64,000 nt of DNA from Rhynchobatus australiae (taxonomy: Eukaryota): the NCBI GenBank assembly GCA_034780895.1, contig JAUZTB010000127.1, positions 29,771,807 through 29,835,806 on the forward strand, given 5' to 3'. Of this stretch, positions 51,327 to 63,091 are shown piece after piece. The notes beneath the pieces were generated by a model, which saw nothing but the letters and a program-made list of their open reading frames with translations, was not told the origin of the DNA and ran no database searches. Positions within the stretch are counted from its first letter, which is position 1, and each line of letters opens with the position of its first letter. Made by a program: the position numbers and the translations under genes.

Positions 51327-53460
51327 TTTACCGCCAAATTTGGCTGTTAAGATGTCAAAAAGGTATATATCAACTATAGAAGAAACAAGGCCTCCAGTGA
51401 GCAGACTGTTGAAGTTCAGAAATGATTATCACCTCAAAAATATCCTAGTTTCAAAGAGGATAATTTCTGATTTCAATACCAGGTCAGCTATAAAATTAAA
51501 GATAAGACCAAAGGCAAAACTAATTCAATTGATTGGCCTCAATACAAAGGAGAGCCTAGTTCTCAGTGAGAAGGACCAAATCTGTCAGTAACAAGGCATT
51601 ATACAAGACCAGATATTGCAAACTGATGTGAAATCCTTTTCTCCCAGCATGTGTTGCTTTCCCTTTTCTTCCTGCAGGGTTCTTCACACTGTTTGGGAGA
51701 CGAAGAAAGAGAGTGCGCCTGGAGTTAATGTGGAGCTGCTGTGGTGTGGGAGGGTCAGTACTGTAGGGCTGTGGGTATGGTGATGCTCAAAGGATAAAAA
51801 CTAAGTAAGGACTTGCACTATTGGGATCTCACTAAGGTGCTATGAAGACCTAGTTTTTCTGGAAGTACCTGACATTGGTTATTCTTTGGACAATGTGTCT
51901 AATTTTCCATAAAATTCTTCAGAAGGAGCATTTACGTAATTTAGTGAGTGTCAGATATGCAAGTGTAACTCATAAAAGGAAATTCCTGGTTGAATTTCCA
52001 GTAATTCAAAATAACCAGGAGGTGGTTGTTATCCCACTTCACTCCATGGAAAGTACATTTTCAATCCTGTAGCACTGAAGTAAACAGCTCTGTGCAATCT
52101 AATTTGTAGGCCATCATATTTTTGGAAAATTGTACTGCACGCTTCCTTAAAGTGTGTTACCCATAAGAATTACTTATACGTGTATAATATATTAAGTGGT
52201 TCTTTGGCCAAACAATCTATTTTTAAATCTAGTATCTTGTTTTCCTTTATACATATTTATTTGCAGGGAAAAAAGAAAACTTGCAGTATAAATCACTTCA
52301 CTGTACCAAGCAGTTGTTTCAATTTTCTATCCTATGCAGCACTACATTGCCCTCTGGGAACTGCTTTGATTATATATTCCTGCAGAAAATAGCTTGATTC
52401 ATGGCACATGGAGCCTGTAAATTCTGTGCAAAAAGGTTACAATTATAAGTCCTAATTACCCAGTCAGAACATCACAGTTATGAAATACAATGTTAATAGG
52501 TCTGATGATATCTGCATTACACAGCAGATCTGCAGGATATTGGGCACATAGCTCTTGATTTTAGTGGGTATTCTATGGAAACCACTGCCCATCTGCCCTC
52601 TGATGCTTGGCACTCACCTCTATGCCAGCCATACCATTTGTTTGTATGGTATCCCTGAGCTTTTGTTTACTTCTCTGTAAATGTATATTTATAATTATTA
52701 ACAGTTGTGCAATGTATTTAACCACATTTATTATTTTTTTTTAAGTATTTTGTTTTCTTATTTTAATCCATTTCAACTGTTTTGTAGCTGTGTAGACAAG
52801 TAGTACATTGAAATATTCTTTTGATGGTAGTGATTTATCAAAGGTTATCAGGGCAGTGCTGAGAGCAGATCTTCAGGTTTTACCACCTGAGCCCTGGTCA
52901 CCACTCACAGCCTGTGCTGTGTAGACCTCCAGTGCGGCCTATCCATGGTGCCCACTCGGGGTGGAGGGGTGAAAGTGCAAGGTGTAAGCCAATAATGAGT
53001 GTGATCCTGCCCATTAATTTTATGACTTCCTGATTAATCTACTTGCAACAGTGGTCCATCCCATGCCCTGATAATTTATGAATTGGTGCCTTGTGAATGC
53101 ACTAACACTTGTTTGCTTCTTTGTTAAGCTCGTATTCTGATACAAGTATTAATGGCATTCACACTGCAAGTCATGCTCAAATTGTTTCCCTTTTCCTAAT
53201 TCATTGTAATTGGGGCTAGCCACTGCTGGACTGAGATCAGCTCTGAAAGAACAGCCTGCAGAGCGTGTCTGTGACCCTCCTTATTACCCTTCTGTTACAG
53301 TATGTTGCTGCAGCCATCCGGAAGTCTGGGCAGAGTTATTTAGTGATGATGTTACATTAAAGAAAGCATTGAAATTTTTGCTGTAAGCTGACATCCCTTG
53401 AACATTCTACATAATCANNNNNNNNCTTCTCTTAAATTTTTGTTTAAACTTTCCTAAAGG

Positions 53461-53860
53461 TGCCAGCTGTGGTTCAGTAATTGGCACTGTCGTTTTTAAG
53501 TTATGTGCCTTGGTCCCAGTTGAGCACACTACCTAGGCAGACACTCCAGTTAATTATCAAGGGAGTATAGCACTGTCTTTTAGATAAAATGTTAAACCAA
53601 GACTCAGGTGGATGTATGGATCCTTTGGTACTATTTTGAAGTAGAGCCAGGATTTCAGCCTAATGTGCTAGCAATTTTTTTTTTGCTTAATCAGCCTTAA
53701 CAGCTATTTATTATCACATTGTGGGGACTTGATATGGACACTTTGGCAGTCCTGTTTGCTACTTTACAGCAATGACTACCTTCAAAATTACTTAATTAGC
53801 CATAAAGTTCTCTGGGATATCCTGAGGTTTCAAGAAGCAAAGTGTAAATATAAGGCTTCC
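53461..53860 (+). mobile_element. DeuSINE-type SINE, near full length
   Basis: Head gtggttcagtaattggcact; core gatgttaaacc-like...ctcaggtggatgta...; tail gggatatcctgaggtt. Confidence 0.72.
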
Positions 53861-54279
53861 TAGTAACCGAATCCATCATTTGGTGTTGATAATCTTGATG
53901 CTGCCTTGCCCATTGCTGTTCTGAGTGTGCATATTTGATAGATCCTAATTGGCTCTAATTATACTTTTTAAGGTCCTTGCTTGTGAAATTGTGTCCCACA
54001 GCTGCAGTTCTTAAATCCTTGGTGTGATTTTATAATAATGTTTAAATCTCCTGTGAAAAATTCAAGCGACAACTGTGTTAATTAAAGTACACACTCATAA
54101 ATATCTTACTTTTGATATCCTTACTTGTTTGGTGATTAAAAATTTCCAGAGTTGAGAATGTGGAAGAATATTATTGGGAAATATATTAGCTATCCATTGC
54201 TTGCAGTGGTTAAGATTCAGCTTTTAAGAAAGGAAATCATCATGTGAGATCATTATGTGTTTATCCATCTCCTTTCAAG

Positions 54280-54550
54280 TTAATCCCAATGCCATCATTC
54301 TGCCATTGGCAGCCAGGATTCAATTGTCAAGGCCCCAGTATATTTTCTCTCTAAANNNNNNNNNNNNNNNNNNNNNNNNNNNNNNNNNNNNNNNNNAAGA
54401 ATCCATTCTTTGACCAAGTCTTTTGGTCCTATGGCCTAAGATTTTCTTAGAGGCTTGGCAAGAAATTTTGTCTGATCTGATAATGCTCCTGTGTAGCACC
54501 ATGGGCCATTTCACCAAACAAAGGGCATCATATAAAAGCAAGTACTTATA
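54280..54550 (+). mobile_element. L2-like 3' end
   Basis: ccattggcagcc...ctttgaccaagtcttttggtc...ctgataatgctcctgtgtagcac...tataaaagcaagt. Confidence 0.55.
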
Positions 54551-54554
54551 AGTT

Positions 54555-54785
54555 AAAAGCAAAAAACTGCAGATGGTGGGAATGCAAAATAAAAGCTGTA
54601 AATGTTGGAGACACTCAGCAGCTCAGGCAGCATCTCTGGAAAGAGAAACAGAGTTAACAGTTCAAGTCAGTGACCCTTCATCAGAGGTCTTGAAGGGTCA
54701 TTGATCTGAAACGTTATCTCTGTGTCTTGACAGGTATTGCCTGATCTGCTGAATATCTCCAGCATTTTCTGTTCTTGTTATAAAT
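54555..54785. mobile_element. Palindromic Penelope-derived element with two head-to-head hammerhead relics
   Basis: Arms of roughly 90 bp (aatgttggagacactcagca...gacccttca and tgaagggtca...tgctgaatatctccagcatt) are imperfect reverse complements centred near 54686. Confidence 0.8.
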
Positions 54786-55391
54786 TAAGACTTATTGCTA
54801 CTGAACATGTCATTCAGGATGAAAGAGTTATATTTACTTCCCCAGCAAAACCATTTTTGTTTGGATGGGCAGATGAGAAAAAGAGAAAGTAAATAAAAAC
54901 CAGTGTTGAATAAGTGAAGAACATGTGAGACATGTCCTATATATAAGTTATAAAGTCAATGATATTTTTGAAAATCTGGGCTTTATTTCCCAGAGGAGGT
55001 GGTGAGTGGGAATAATCTTTCTGAATGGGCTTTTTCCTGTGTAGCAGTCATTTTCCTTTATATTGAGAGAGCACTAAGTTTCAGCGGACCAGAGTTAAAA
55101 ATTGGGCTATGTAGCCTTCAGAGTTTGTTGTGATTATGGCAGAGAGGGTGATTGGAGTGGGAAAGTGACCCATATTATTTTAGTTGGGTTCAGACAGGTG
55201 TTCCTGCTCCTCTTGGTCCAACAGCAGAAATTCTAAATGTACCTGGCTAGAAATTCTCTTTACTCAAATGGGTGTGCTGGACAGCCATTGCATTCTGCAT
55301 GTTTGCTTCAGTCAGCGGCCTGTCACTGTAACTTTCAGGAGCATTTGGTGCCAAAGGGACAGTAAATTATCAAACCCAGTGGGTTAATACC

Positions 55392-56265
55392 TCAGAGACA
55401 CAAGAGACTGCTGCACATGCTGGAATCTCGAGCAAAACCAAAGCAAACTGCTGGAGGAACTCAGTGCCTCNNNNNNNNNNNNNNNNNNNNNNNNNNNNNN
55501 NNNNNNNNNNNNNNNNNNNNNNNNNNNNNNNNNNNNNNNNNNNNNNNNNNNNNNNNNNNNNNNNNNNNNNGGAGGGAAATGGACAGTTGATGTTTTGGTC
55601 AAGACTCTTCATCTGGACTGAAAGAGCAGTGGGGGTTGGGGGGGGAATAGCCAGTACAAAGAAGTGAGAGGAAGGGGTGGGGCAAAAGGTTATAAATGAT
55701 AGGTGGATCCAGGTGAGGAGGGGTGATTGACAGATGGAGGAGGGAAGGGTGAAAATAGTGACAAGAGGCTGGGAGGTGATAGGTGGAGGCAACAGAGGGC
55801 GGCAGATAATAGAATCTGATCGGAAAGGAAGGTGGAGCATGGAACCAAATAAAAGGAGATGGGGTGGCCAGTTGGGAACAGCAGGGGGAGGGGACCCAGT
55901 GGGAGGAGTGTGTGGTATTGATGGGCAGATGGAGTGGGTAGAAGAGGGGAGAGAAAATGAGTGATAGGGGCCTAGGGGTGGCAGCGGTTGGGTGTGTTTA
56001 GGAGGAACTGGGTAGACCAGAAAAGGACAGAGGGGGAGCAGGTTACCTGAAATTGGGGAATTCAATGTTCATGCCATTGGGTTGTAGGCTACCCAGGTGG
56101 AATATGAGGTGCTGTTCCTCTAGTTTGCATTTGGCCTCACCCTGACAGTGGAGGAGGCTGAGGACAGACACGTCTATGTGGAAATGGGCAGGGGAATTCA
56201 AATAGCTTGCAACTGAGAGCTCCAGAGGCCATGGCAGATGAAGCACTGGTGCTTGGCAAAGCGGT
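55392..56265 (-). mobile_element. Penelope-like element 3' part with GIY-YIG endonuclease C-terminus
   Basis: ORF 56043-56246 VASYLNSPAH..DVSVLSLLHC...KLEEQHLIFHLGSLQPNGMNIEF, preceded by RFAKH; followed by a pyrimidine-rich UTR and the terminal repeat family seen at 44386 and 54555. Confidence 0.85.
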
Positions 56266-56524
56266 ATGCTGTGTTGACTTGGCCGAATTGAAATTGTCTA
56301 GCTGGTGGTAAGAATATCATTATTTCAGAACATAAATAAATCACTTTGTTTGTACAATTAGAGTAACTTCTGTCTCAAGTCTTTAAATAATAAGTTCTGT
56401 CTCAGAGGCAAGATTTCTGGGCAGAGACACTTCATTCTGAGTATTTAACAACTTAAAAAATTCAAGAATCCTATTACTTGAAATTGGAAAGAAAATGTTA
56501 ATAGACTGTTACAATATGGGAGCT

Positions 56525-56785
56525 TTTTCTCTTCCTACATGGGATATGGGAGTCACTGGAAGACCAGCATTTGAATGGCCTTCCCTAATTACCCGTGAGA
56601 CGGTGGTGGGGAGCAACCTTCTTGAACTGCTGAAGTCCTGCCAGAGTGCTGTTGGGTACGGGGTCCTGGGACTTTGACCCAGTGACAATGAAGGAATAGC
56701 GATATACAGTACTTTCAGATCCAAATGGTGTTTCCTTATGCCTGCTGCCCTCATCTGTGTTGGTGGCGGAGGTCGTGGGTTTGTG
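56525..56785 (-). mobile_element. LINE 3' end (CR1/L2 group), decayed
   Basis: catgggatatgggagtcactggaagaccagcattt...ccctaattaccc...ccttcttgaactgctg. Confidence 0.6.
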
Positions 56786-59700
56786 TGAGTTGTTGCAGGG
56801 CACTTGGCAGTTCCAAAAACATTGCAAAAAAATCAGTAAAGAAATCAGAAAGGAAGTGAAGAGAATTGCTGCTGGATGGATATCTTTAAGTACGCATTTT
56901 GTGCTGCTTATTCTGCCTTCCTTTCAAAGCCAAGGATGGTCAGTGCTTTCCAACTCGTGCATTGTTTTTATAGATATGTCCCTGTAGAAGTGTTAGATTC
57001 AGGAACCAGGCCAATGAAGACAAAAGGCCGTGTTTGCAAGGTTCATGCCAAATGTTGTTTATCTGGAAAGCACAGAGTCAAGGAGGGTCACTACCTGGAT
57101 GCTATAATTCCTCCACTAATAATTAAGTGCAGCAGGAAACATTTTTTTTGAAAATATCCACCCTAACCAAGGCTCATTAATTATCCCACAGAGTTGCCCC
57201 ATTTTCACACTGATGGTGTTAAAATAAGTTGTATGTGCATTAATGCTACATGTATGTACACATTAGTTCATGCATTATTTTAAGTACTTAATCATTAATT
57301 GTTTATAAGTTCTATTTTCAACCACAATTAGCTGATGGTAAGGTTAGAGCAAGGAGCTGTGGAAGGAAAATGTAAAGAAGAAGTAGATTACGGGTTGAAG
57401 GATTGGGGACAAGGAATGGAGCTGCTGCAATTTTACATTGACAGTAAGGCCCAGTTCAGCATNNNNNNNNNNNNNNNNNNNNNNNNNNNNNNNNNNNNNN
57501 NNNNNNNNNNNNNNNNNNNNNNNNNNNNNNNNNNNNNNNNNCACCATCAGTATCATATTTACAATTCAAAGAATTTTAACAAACTGAACTAATAGCTGCT
57601 TCTTTAAAATTCTTTCATTTCTAATAGAGGCATTAAGTTAATGGGAAGCTTTCAAATGTTAATAGCTTTAAAACAGCGGCCCAGGGACGGTATGTTGCAT
57701 ATTGGGTTAAACTGTGCTGTAGGTTTACAGCACAGAGGCTTAACACACTCAAGTGAAATTCCTTTGTCTAAAACTGTGCCAAAGACATTAACTCAGTCTT
57801 TTATGATCGGGGTTTGACAGTCAATTAAGATATGTTATATCAGTAGCCAGAGCCAATAAAAGTCAGTAATCAAAAATATAACAGCAAGTCTTTTACTTTG
57901 CAAAGGTGAAGCAGTAGATGACAAATGGCAGAAAAAAAGCAAAAGCATTGAGGACAAATTGCTCATCTCCCTTGAAAGTGGGGGGATGATTTAATTGAGG
58001 TGCTTAATAGGATAAAGGATATGATAAAGTAAACACAGTAAAACAATTTCCTCTAGTGAAGTCACAGGCTTGGCAATTCTTTGCCACAGCAGTGTTTTTA
58101 TGTGCTGTGTGGAGGAATTTAAAACCATCACTGCCAAACATGATGTTGGACAGGGTTTTCTTTGAGTTACAAAAGGGTGCTTTCCTGGAAATGCTTTGGT
58201 GAGCAAAATTTCATTGTTACAAAAAGCTGTGCCAAATCTATTATGGTTACTTTGGGGCAATGAGCTTCCATGGGTGGAGAGTGGCAAGCTGTTTGTTATC
58301 ATGAGAAATAAATTTGTAAGTTGAGGTGACATTCCCTAAAGAGTCAATGATGTTATAGCAAATATTTATAAATCAGGGAATATTTTTATGCATTGTACAG
58401 TTCTCGTGGGATGCCAAATTGGTTCTGGGTCCTCCAAGCATATAACATGCCAATGTGCAGAGAATCTACATGTATAGTGGTATTTTTTTGGCCCCATCAC
58501 CACCGGACTTCAGCCTGAATGTGTCACCGAACTACNNNNNNNNNNNNNNNNNNNNNNNNNNNNNNNNNNNNNNNNNNNNNNNNNNNNNNNNNNNNNNNNN
58601 NNNNNNNNNNNNNNNNNNNNNNNNNNNNNNNNNNNNNNNNNNNNNNNNNNNNNNNNNNNNNNNNNNNNNNNNNNNNNNNNNNNNNNNNNNNNNNNNNNNN
58701 NNNNNNNNNNNNNNNNNNNNNNNNNNNNNNNNNNNNNNNNNNNNNNNNNNNNNNNNNNNNNNNNNNNNNNNNNNNNNNNNNNNNNNNNNNNNNNNNNNNN
58801 NNNNNNNNNNNNNNNNNNNNNNNNNNNNNNNNNNNNNNNNNNNNNNNNNNNNNNNNNNNNNNNNNNNNNNNNNNNNNNNNNNNNNNNNNNNNNNNNNNNN
58901 NNNNNNNNNNNNNNNNNNNNNNNNNNNNNNNNNNNNNNNNNNNNNNNNNNNNNNNNNNNNNNNNNNNNNNNNNNNNNNNNNNNNNNNNNNNNNNNNNNNN
59001 NNNNNNNNNNNNNNNNNNNNNNNNNNNNNNNNNNNNNNNNNNNNNNNNNNNNNNNNNNNNNNNNNNNNNNNNNNNNNNNNNNNNNNNNNNNNNNNNNNNN
59101 NNNNNNNNNNNNNNNNNNNNNNNNCTGCACCCCAGTTGGCAAGGTCCATGACAGAGACCCTAATCCTGATCTTCTTCACCTCCGCTGCCTCCTCCTGTTT
59201 TGCCACTTCCCTTGCTTGTCATGTGACCCCAGGCCCTGATCACATATGTGATCAATGGCCCCCTCTCACCTGACACCCTGAGAGACCTGGCCTTGGTACT
59301 GGACACCACTGAACCTTAAAAAGCAAACCGATAATGGACATTGTTATCAGCATGTTGCTGCTACAACCATCTGCAGACCCAACAGGATCCACTGCAATTT
59401 GTAGGCTCCCTTTTGCTCCTATGTGGCTTGGTGCAGAAAAATGGAAACTCATTGGCACTGATAAACCTGAGGGTGGATGTATTGTTCAGGTCATTATCAG
59501 ATAAAGAACTGGTGAATGTTAATGGATAGGTTTAACAGAAAGTAAAATACTGAATGTATTTGATGGCCACATATGTTGGGTGAGTTATGGTTCATTCAGT
59601 CTCTTTATTGCATTTGATGGGAGGAGATTTTGCTCCTTATGTTGTGATGATGTGAGAACTGTATATGGTGCCCTGATTTAAACTTTTCCGTCTCAAAATC

Positions 59701-59960
59701 ACTATCACTATGATTGATCAGGAGAACGTAAATGACAAAGACCATGGCAACACCTTCATTTACTTAGACAAGTACATTTGGTTTTCTTGAAGGAATTTTA
59801 CCAGTTCATAATATTATAACTGCCTCACAGAAGTGATGCCCTGGGATCCTTACAGTGGAATAAATCTGAATCAGGTTTTCAGCAAAGTGTAGATTCTAAG
59901 AGCTTACTTATGGCTTGACAGCTATACACAGCTACTGATGCTTCTTCTTTTCTCCCCTAG

Positions 59961-60082
59961 ATCACAACATTGAAGTTCCACAGCAACTACAGAATCTCTA
60001 CACCACTTATAGGCAAGAGACAGAGGAGGGGATGTTAGATAATCTGATCACCCTTCATACCATCACCTCCAACACGCTGAGG
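59961..60082 (+). CDS. KIF19: KIF19-family exon (exon 14 equivalent)
   Basis: Strong polypyrimidine tract plus tag; 122 bp, (D)HNIEVPQQLQNLYTTYRQETEEGMLDNLITLHTITSNTLR, similar to KIF19 DYNLAVPQRLEELYEVYLRELEEG; gtaaca donor; phase fits. Confidence 0.9.
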
Positions 60083-61139
60083 GTAACAGAGCTTACTGAT
60101 TTATTTGTATCATTCTGTACTTGACCATTTACCCCGCAGTGATTGATACTAATAGGGTTTCCAAGTAATAAATTATCAATTGTACCGATAGCATGATTAT
60201 GTATCTGGTATGCCAACCATAGCTTCATGGGACAAATTTACAATAACCACAACAATAACAGTATTATAGAAGCTGAAGAATCTGTTTTTATAATGCTGAA
60301 AAAATAATCAGTGCAGTTTTATATATGCATTTGATTCAGCGTAGAGCAAACTTGCTTATTTCTTGCTCTCTCAGCACCCAAAAGGAAACACAACCCCCAA
60401 GAAAACTGCTGCAAAGACCTGGTGTTCTCTATGGTGTGGAATTCATGGGGTAATTCTGGCCCCTTAATGCAGCACCCTGAAGGATAAATATGACTGGAAG
60501 ATTAACATCACTGCGTTTTGTCTCCATTTGTCCAGAAGAAATTTAGAAATGATCTAATTTTAATGTTGGTCATAAAAAAATTAGAACATAATTTGCACTG
60601 ACAATAACATCGAGACTGAGTAGTCATGATACAATGGAGCAAATCTGATGGCAGCTTCTGTAGTAATGTACAAGCTAAATCAGGAAATCAAGAGACAGTT
60701 GCCAGTGTTTCCCTGCTCCTCCATAGGTGGAGATATTGCAGTTTTATTGTAGTGTTATCAGTGATCTGATGAGAACAACTATTTACAAACTATTCCCAAT
60801 ATAAAAGGCATTGAAAATGTCCCATCTCTCAAGTAATGTGGTATTTCTGAGATTGTAATAACCTCCCTAAATTATTACTACTGCCTCTCTGTTATAACAA
60901 CCTCTTATAACAACCTCTCTGGCTCTAAAATACTCATTTTATATGTATCAATTGTCATTCTTTTAGTTATTTTATAATTCCANNNNNNNNNNNNNNNNNN
61001 NNNNNNNNNNNNNNNNNNNNNNNNNNNNCTCATGCAGGATTCCGCAGGGAACAGATACTCGTCTCATTTCTGTCTTAGTCAAATAAAATGATTCATCAGT
61101 GTGGTGTAATCTTTCTGTGGTGTGATTACACAAGGAGAA

Positions 61140-61745
61140 ATTTTCAACCCCATAATCTCTCTGTCACAAGATCAACTTCTAAATCCATAGCAATTCTTGT
61201 CTTCAAACTGCCTGAGCCTAAACATTGCTGCCTAATCAAACCCAGCATTTCCTAGGCTCTCTGCATGGGCTCCCATCATCACACAATATAATCTTTGCCT
61301 CATCTAAAACTCGTAGACTTGTTCCAACCCAATGCCAAGTTCCACACACCCATCTGCCGTGAATCATTGTCTCCCATGCCTTGCTGCCTCAAAATCAGTA
61401 AATGTCATCAATGTGTTTGAATACCTTTGTGGCTTTCCTTCACTGGAACCTTCTCCAGCCCTATGAACAACCCTAGAGCTCTGCAATTTTGCACATTTGA
61501 TCTCTTATGCACTCCCAAACCCTTCACTCCCATCATTGGTAGCATGGCTTCAGCTGTCTGGGCCTTAAATTCTGGGAATTACCTCCCGGTGGCTCTCTGT
61601 CCACTTTTTGGACTAAATTTTAGTCACCCATTATAGCATCTATTAAGCTTGACTTGTTTTTGATAGATTGCATTTGTTGTGAAGCCACTTAGGGCTTTTT
61701 TATGCTATTAGTGTCATAAAATAAAAAATATCTTGTCATTGATGT
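61140..61745 (+). mobile_element. L2-like LINE 3' part, decayed
   Basis: ctccagccct...ccatcattggtagcatggcttcagctgtctgggcc; similar to the 9740 and 54280 copies. Confidence 0.55.
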
Positions 61746-61774
61746 ACCAATTGAGCTGAGGATTTCTGGTAAAT

Positions 61775-62031
61775 GAAAACTTAAAAAGAAACAGATGCTA
61801 GAAATCTAAAATAAAGACAGAAATTCACTCTTTGACCAGATAATCTTGTTTACAGTCCACCCCTATGATCACCCTGGTTTAACCCTATCAGAGGCACCCC
61901 TCCCACCCCACTTTTTTTCTCTCCTTTGCACTTCTGATGAAGGGTCTTCAACCTGAAAGGTTCACCTTGTTTCTTTCCCCACACATGCAGCCTCACCTGC
62001 TGAATATTTCCAGGGTTGTTTTTATTTCTGG
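61775..62031 (+). mobile_element. Penelope-derived short element with inverted ends
   Basis: Left ctagaaatctaaaataaagac versus right gttgtttttatttctgg; includes the hammerhead-like motif and the cctgctgaatatttccag terminal block. Confidence 0.7.
61929..61968 (+). ncRNA. Minimal type I hammerhead ribozyme-like motif (Penelope-associated, probably degenerate)
   Basis: CTGATGA (61934-61940)-A-GGGT/CTTCA/ACCT stem II-GAAA (61955-61958)-G-GTT. Core boxes are intact; stem I and the stem III palindrome are eroded. Confidence 0.55.
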
Positions 62032-63091
62032 CCTGGTGTTGCTCTGTGCATTTTTATCCTTACTGTGGGATAAAGCCACTAAATGCGCCAAGACCAAGCT
62101 TAATCGCTTTTGATGATTTCTGAAAGATTGATGCTTAGAAATGGAGTCGCTCTAGTTTTGTGTGCTTCCTGATCCAATTTCTATGAAAAATAAAATGTTA
62201 CTGAAAATTGGGAACTTACCATATATTTTAAGAAGTCTATGATTTGAGTTAGGGTGACTCTAAGAATTCTCTGGGTAATGTAATAGTGTTCATGGTATGT
62301 AACACAGATCTAGACTGCACTTCTGTCTTTCAGTTGCTTATGAACAGTCCACTCTGTCCACAGGCCAGCCAAAATCAGAATTTCTGCATGACTTAAAGGC
62401 CATCCTCCCTCAGCAGGTACCAGGCCTGTGCTTTGTAAACAACTTGGGTTAATCCCCTTTCAGTAACCTACCTACCTACCCAACTTTCCCAAGTCCAGCA
62501 TCTGCAATCACCCTTGCCACCAATCCCCAAGCCTGCAACTCTCACTTGGCCTATCAATCTGCAGCAGGATCTGACGTGATTCCCCAACCAACACATGTCA
62601 ACCTCCCCACCCTAACTGATCTGACAGCCACTTTCACTCCACTGGACAAAGTAACATCCAACAGCGAAGCCTCCTGGTTTTAACCTGGTGCATAAAATAT
62701 AGAAGGTGCTGAATCCAATTCACACTGGACACCGGTGCTGCAGTTACTTCATGCACAAGTGTTATATTAGGTAGAAATGTGACTGTGATGATTCTAACCA
62801 GACTGTGACGATTTTGACCAAACTGTGAGCCACATAACAACACTCTGTCCTCTATATAAAAAATTGAACAGTGACCTTCAACAATGAACTCCCTCTCGTC
62901 AAGAACTTTAGATGGGTTAAATGACCTTAAAAAGCATGTGTAGTTGTTGGTTGCACATCAGCATTATGAAAGGATGAAAATAACACCTAAATTATTGTAT
63001 TGTACCTGCATCAAGTGACATTGACGTTTACAAATCTGCAGCTGTGCATTTCCCAGTAATGTTGTATGCCTCCTTAATGCGTTTCTTCCAG

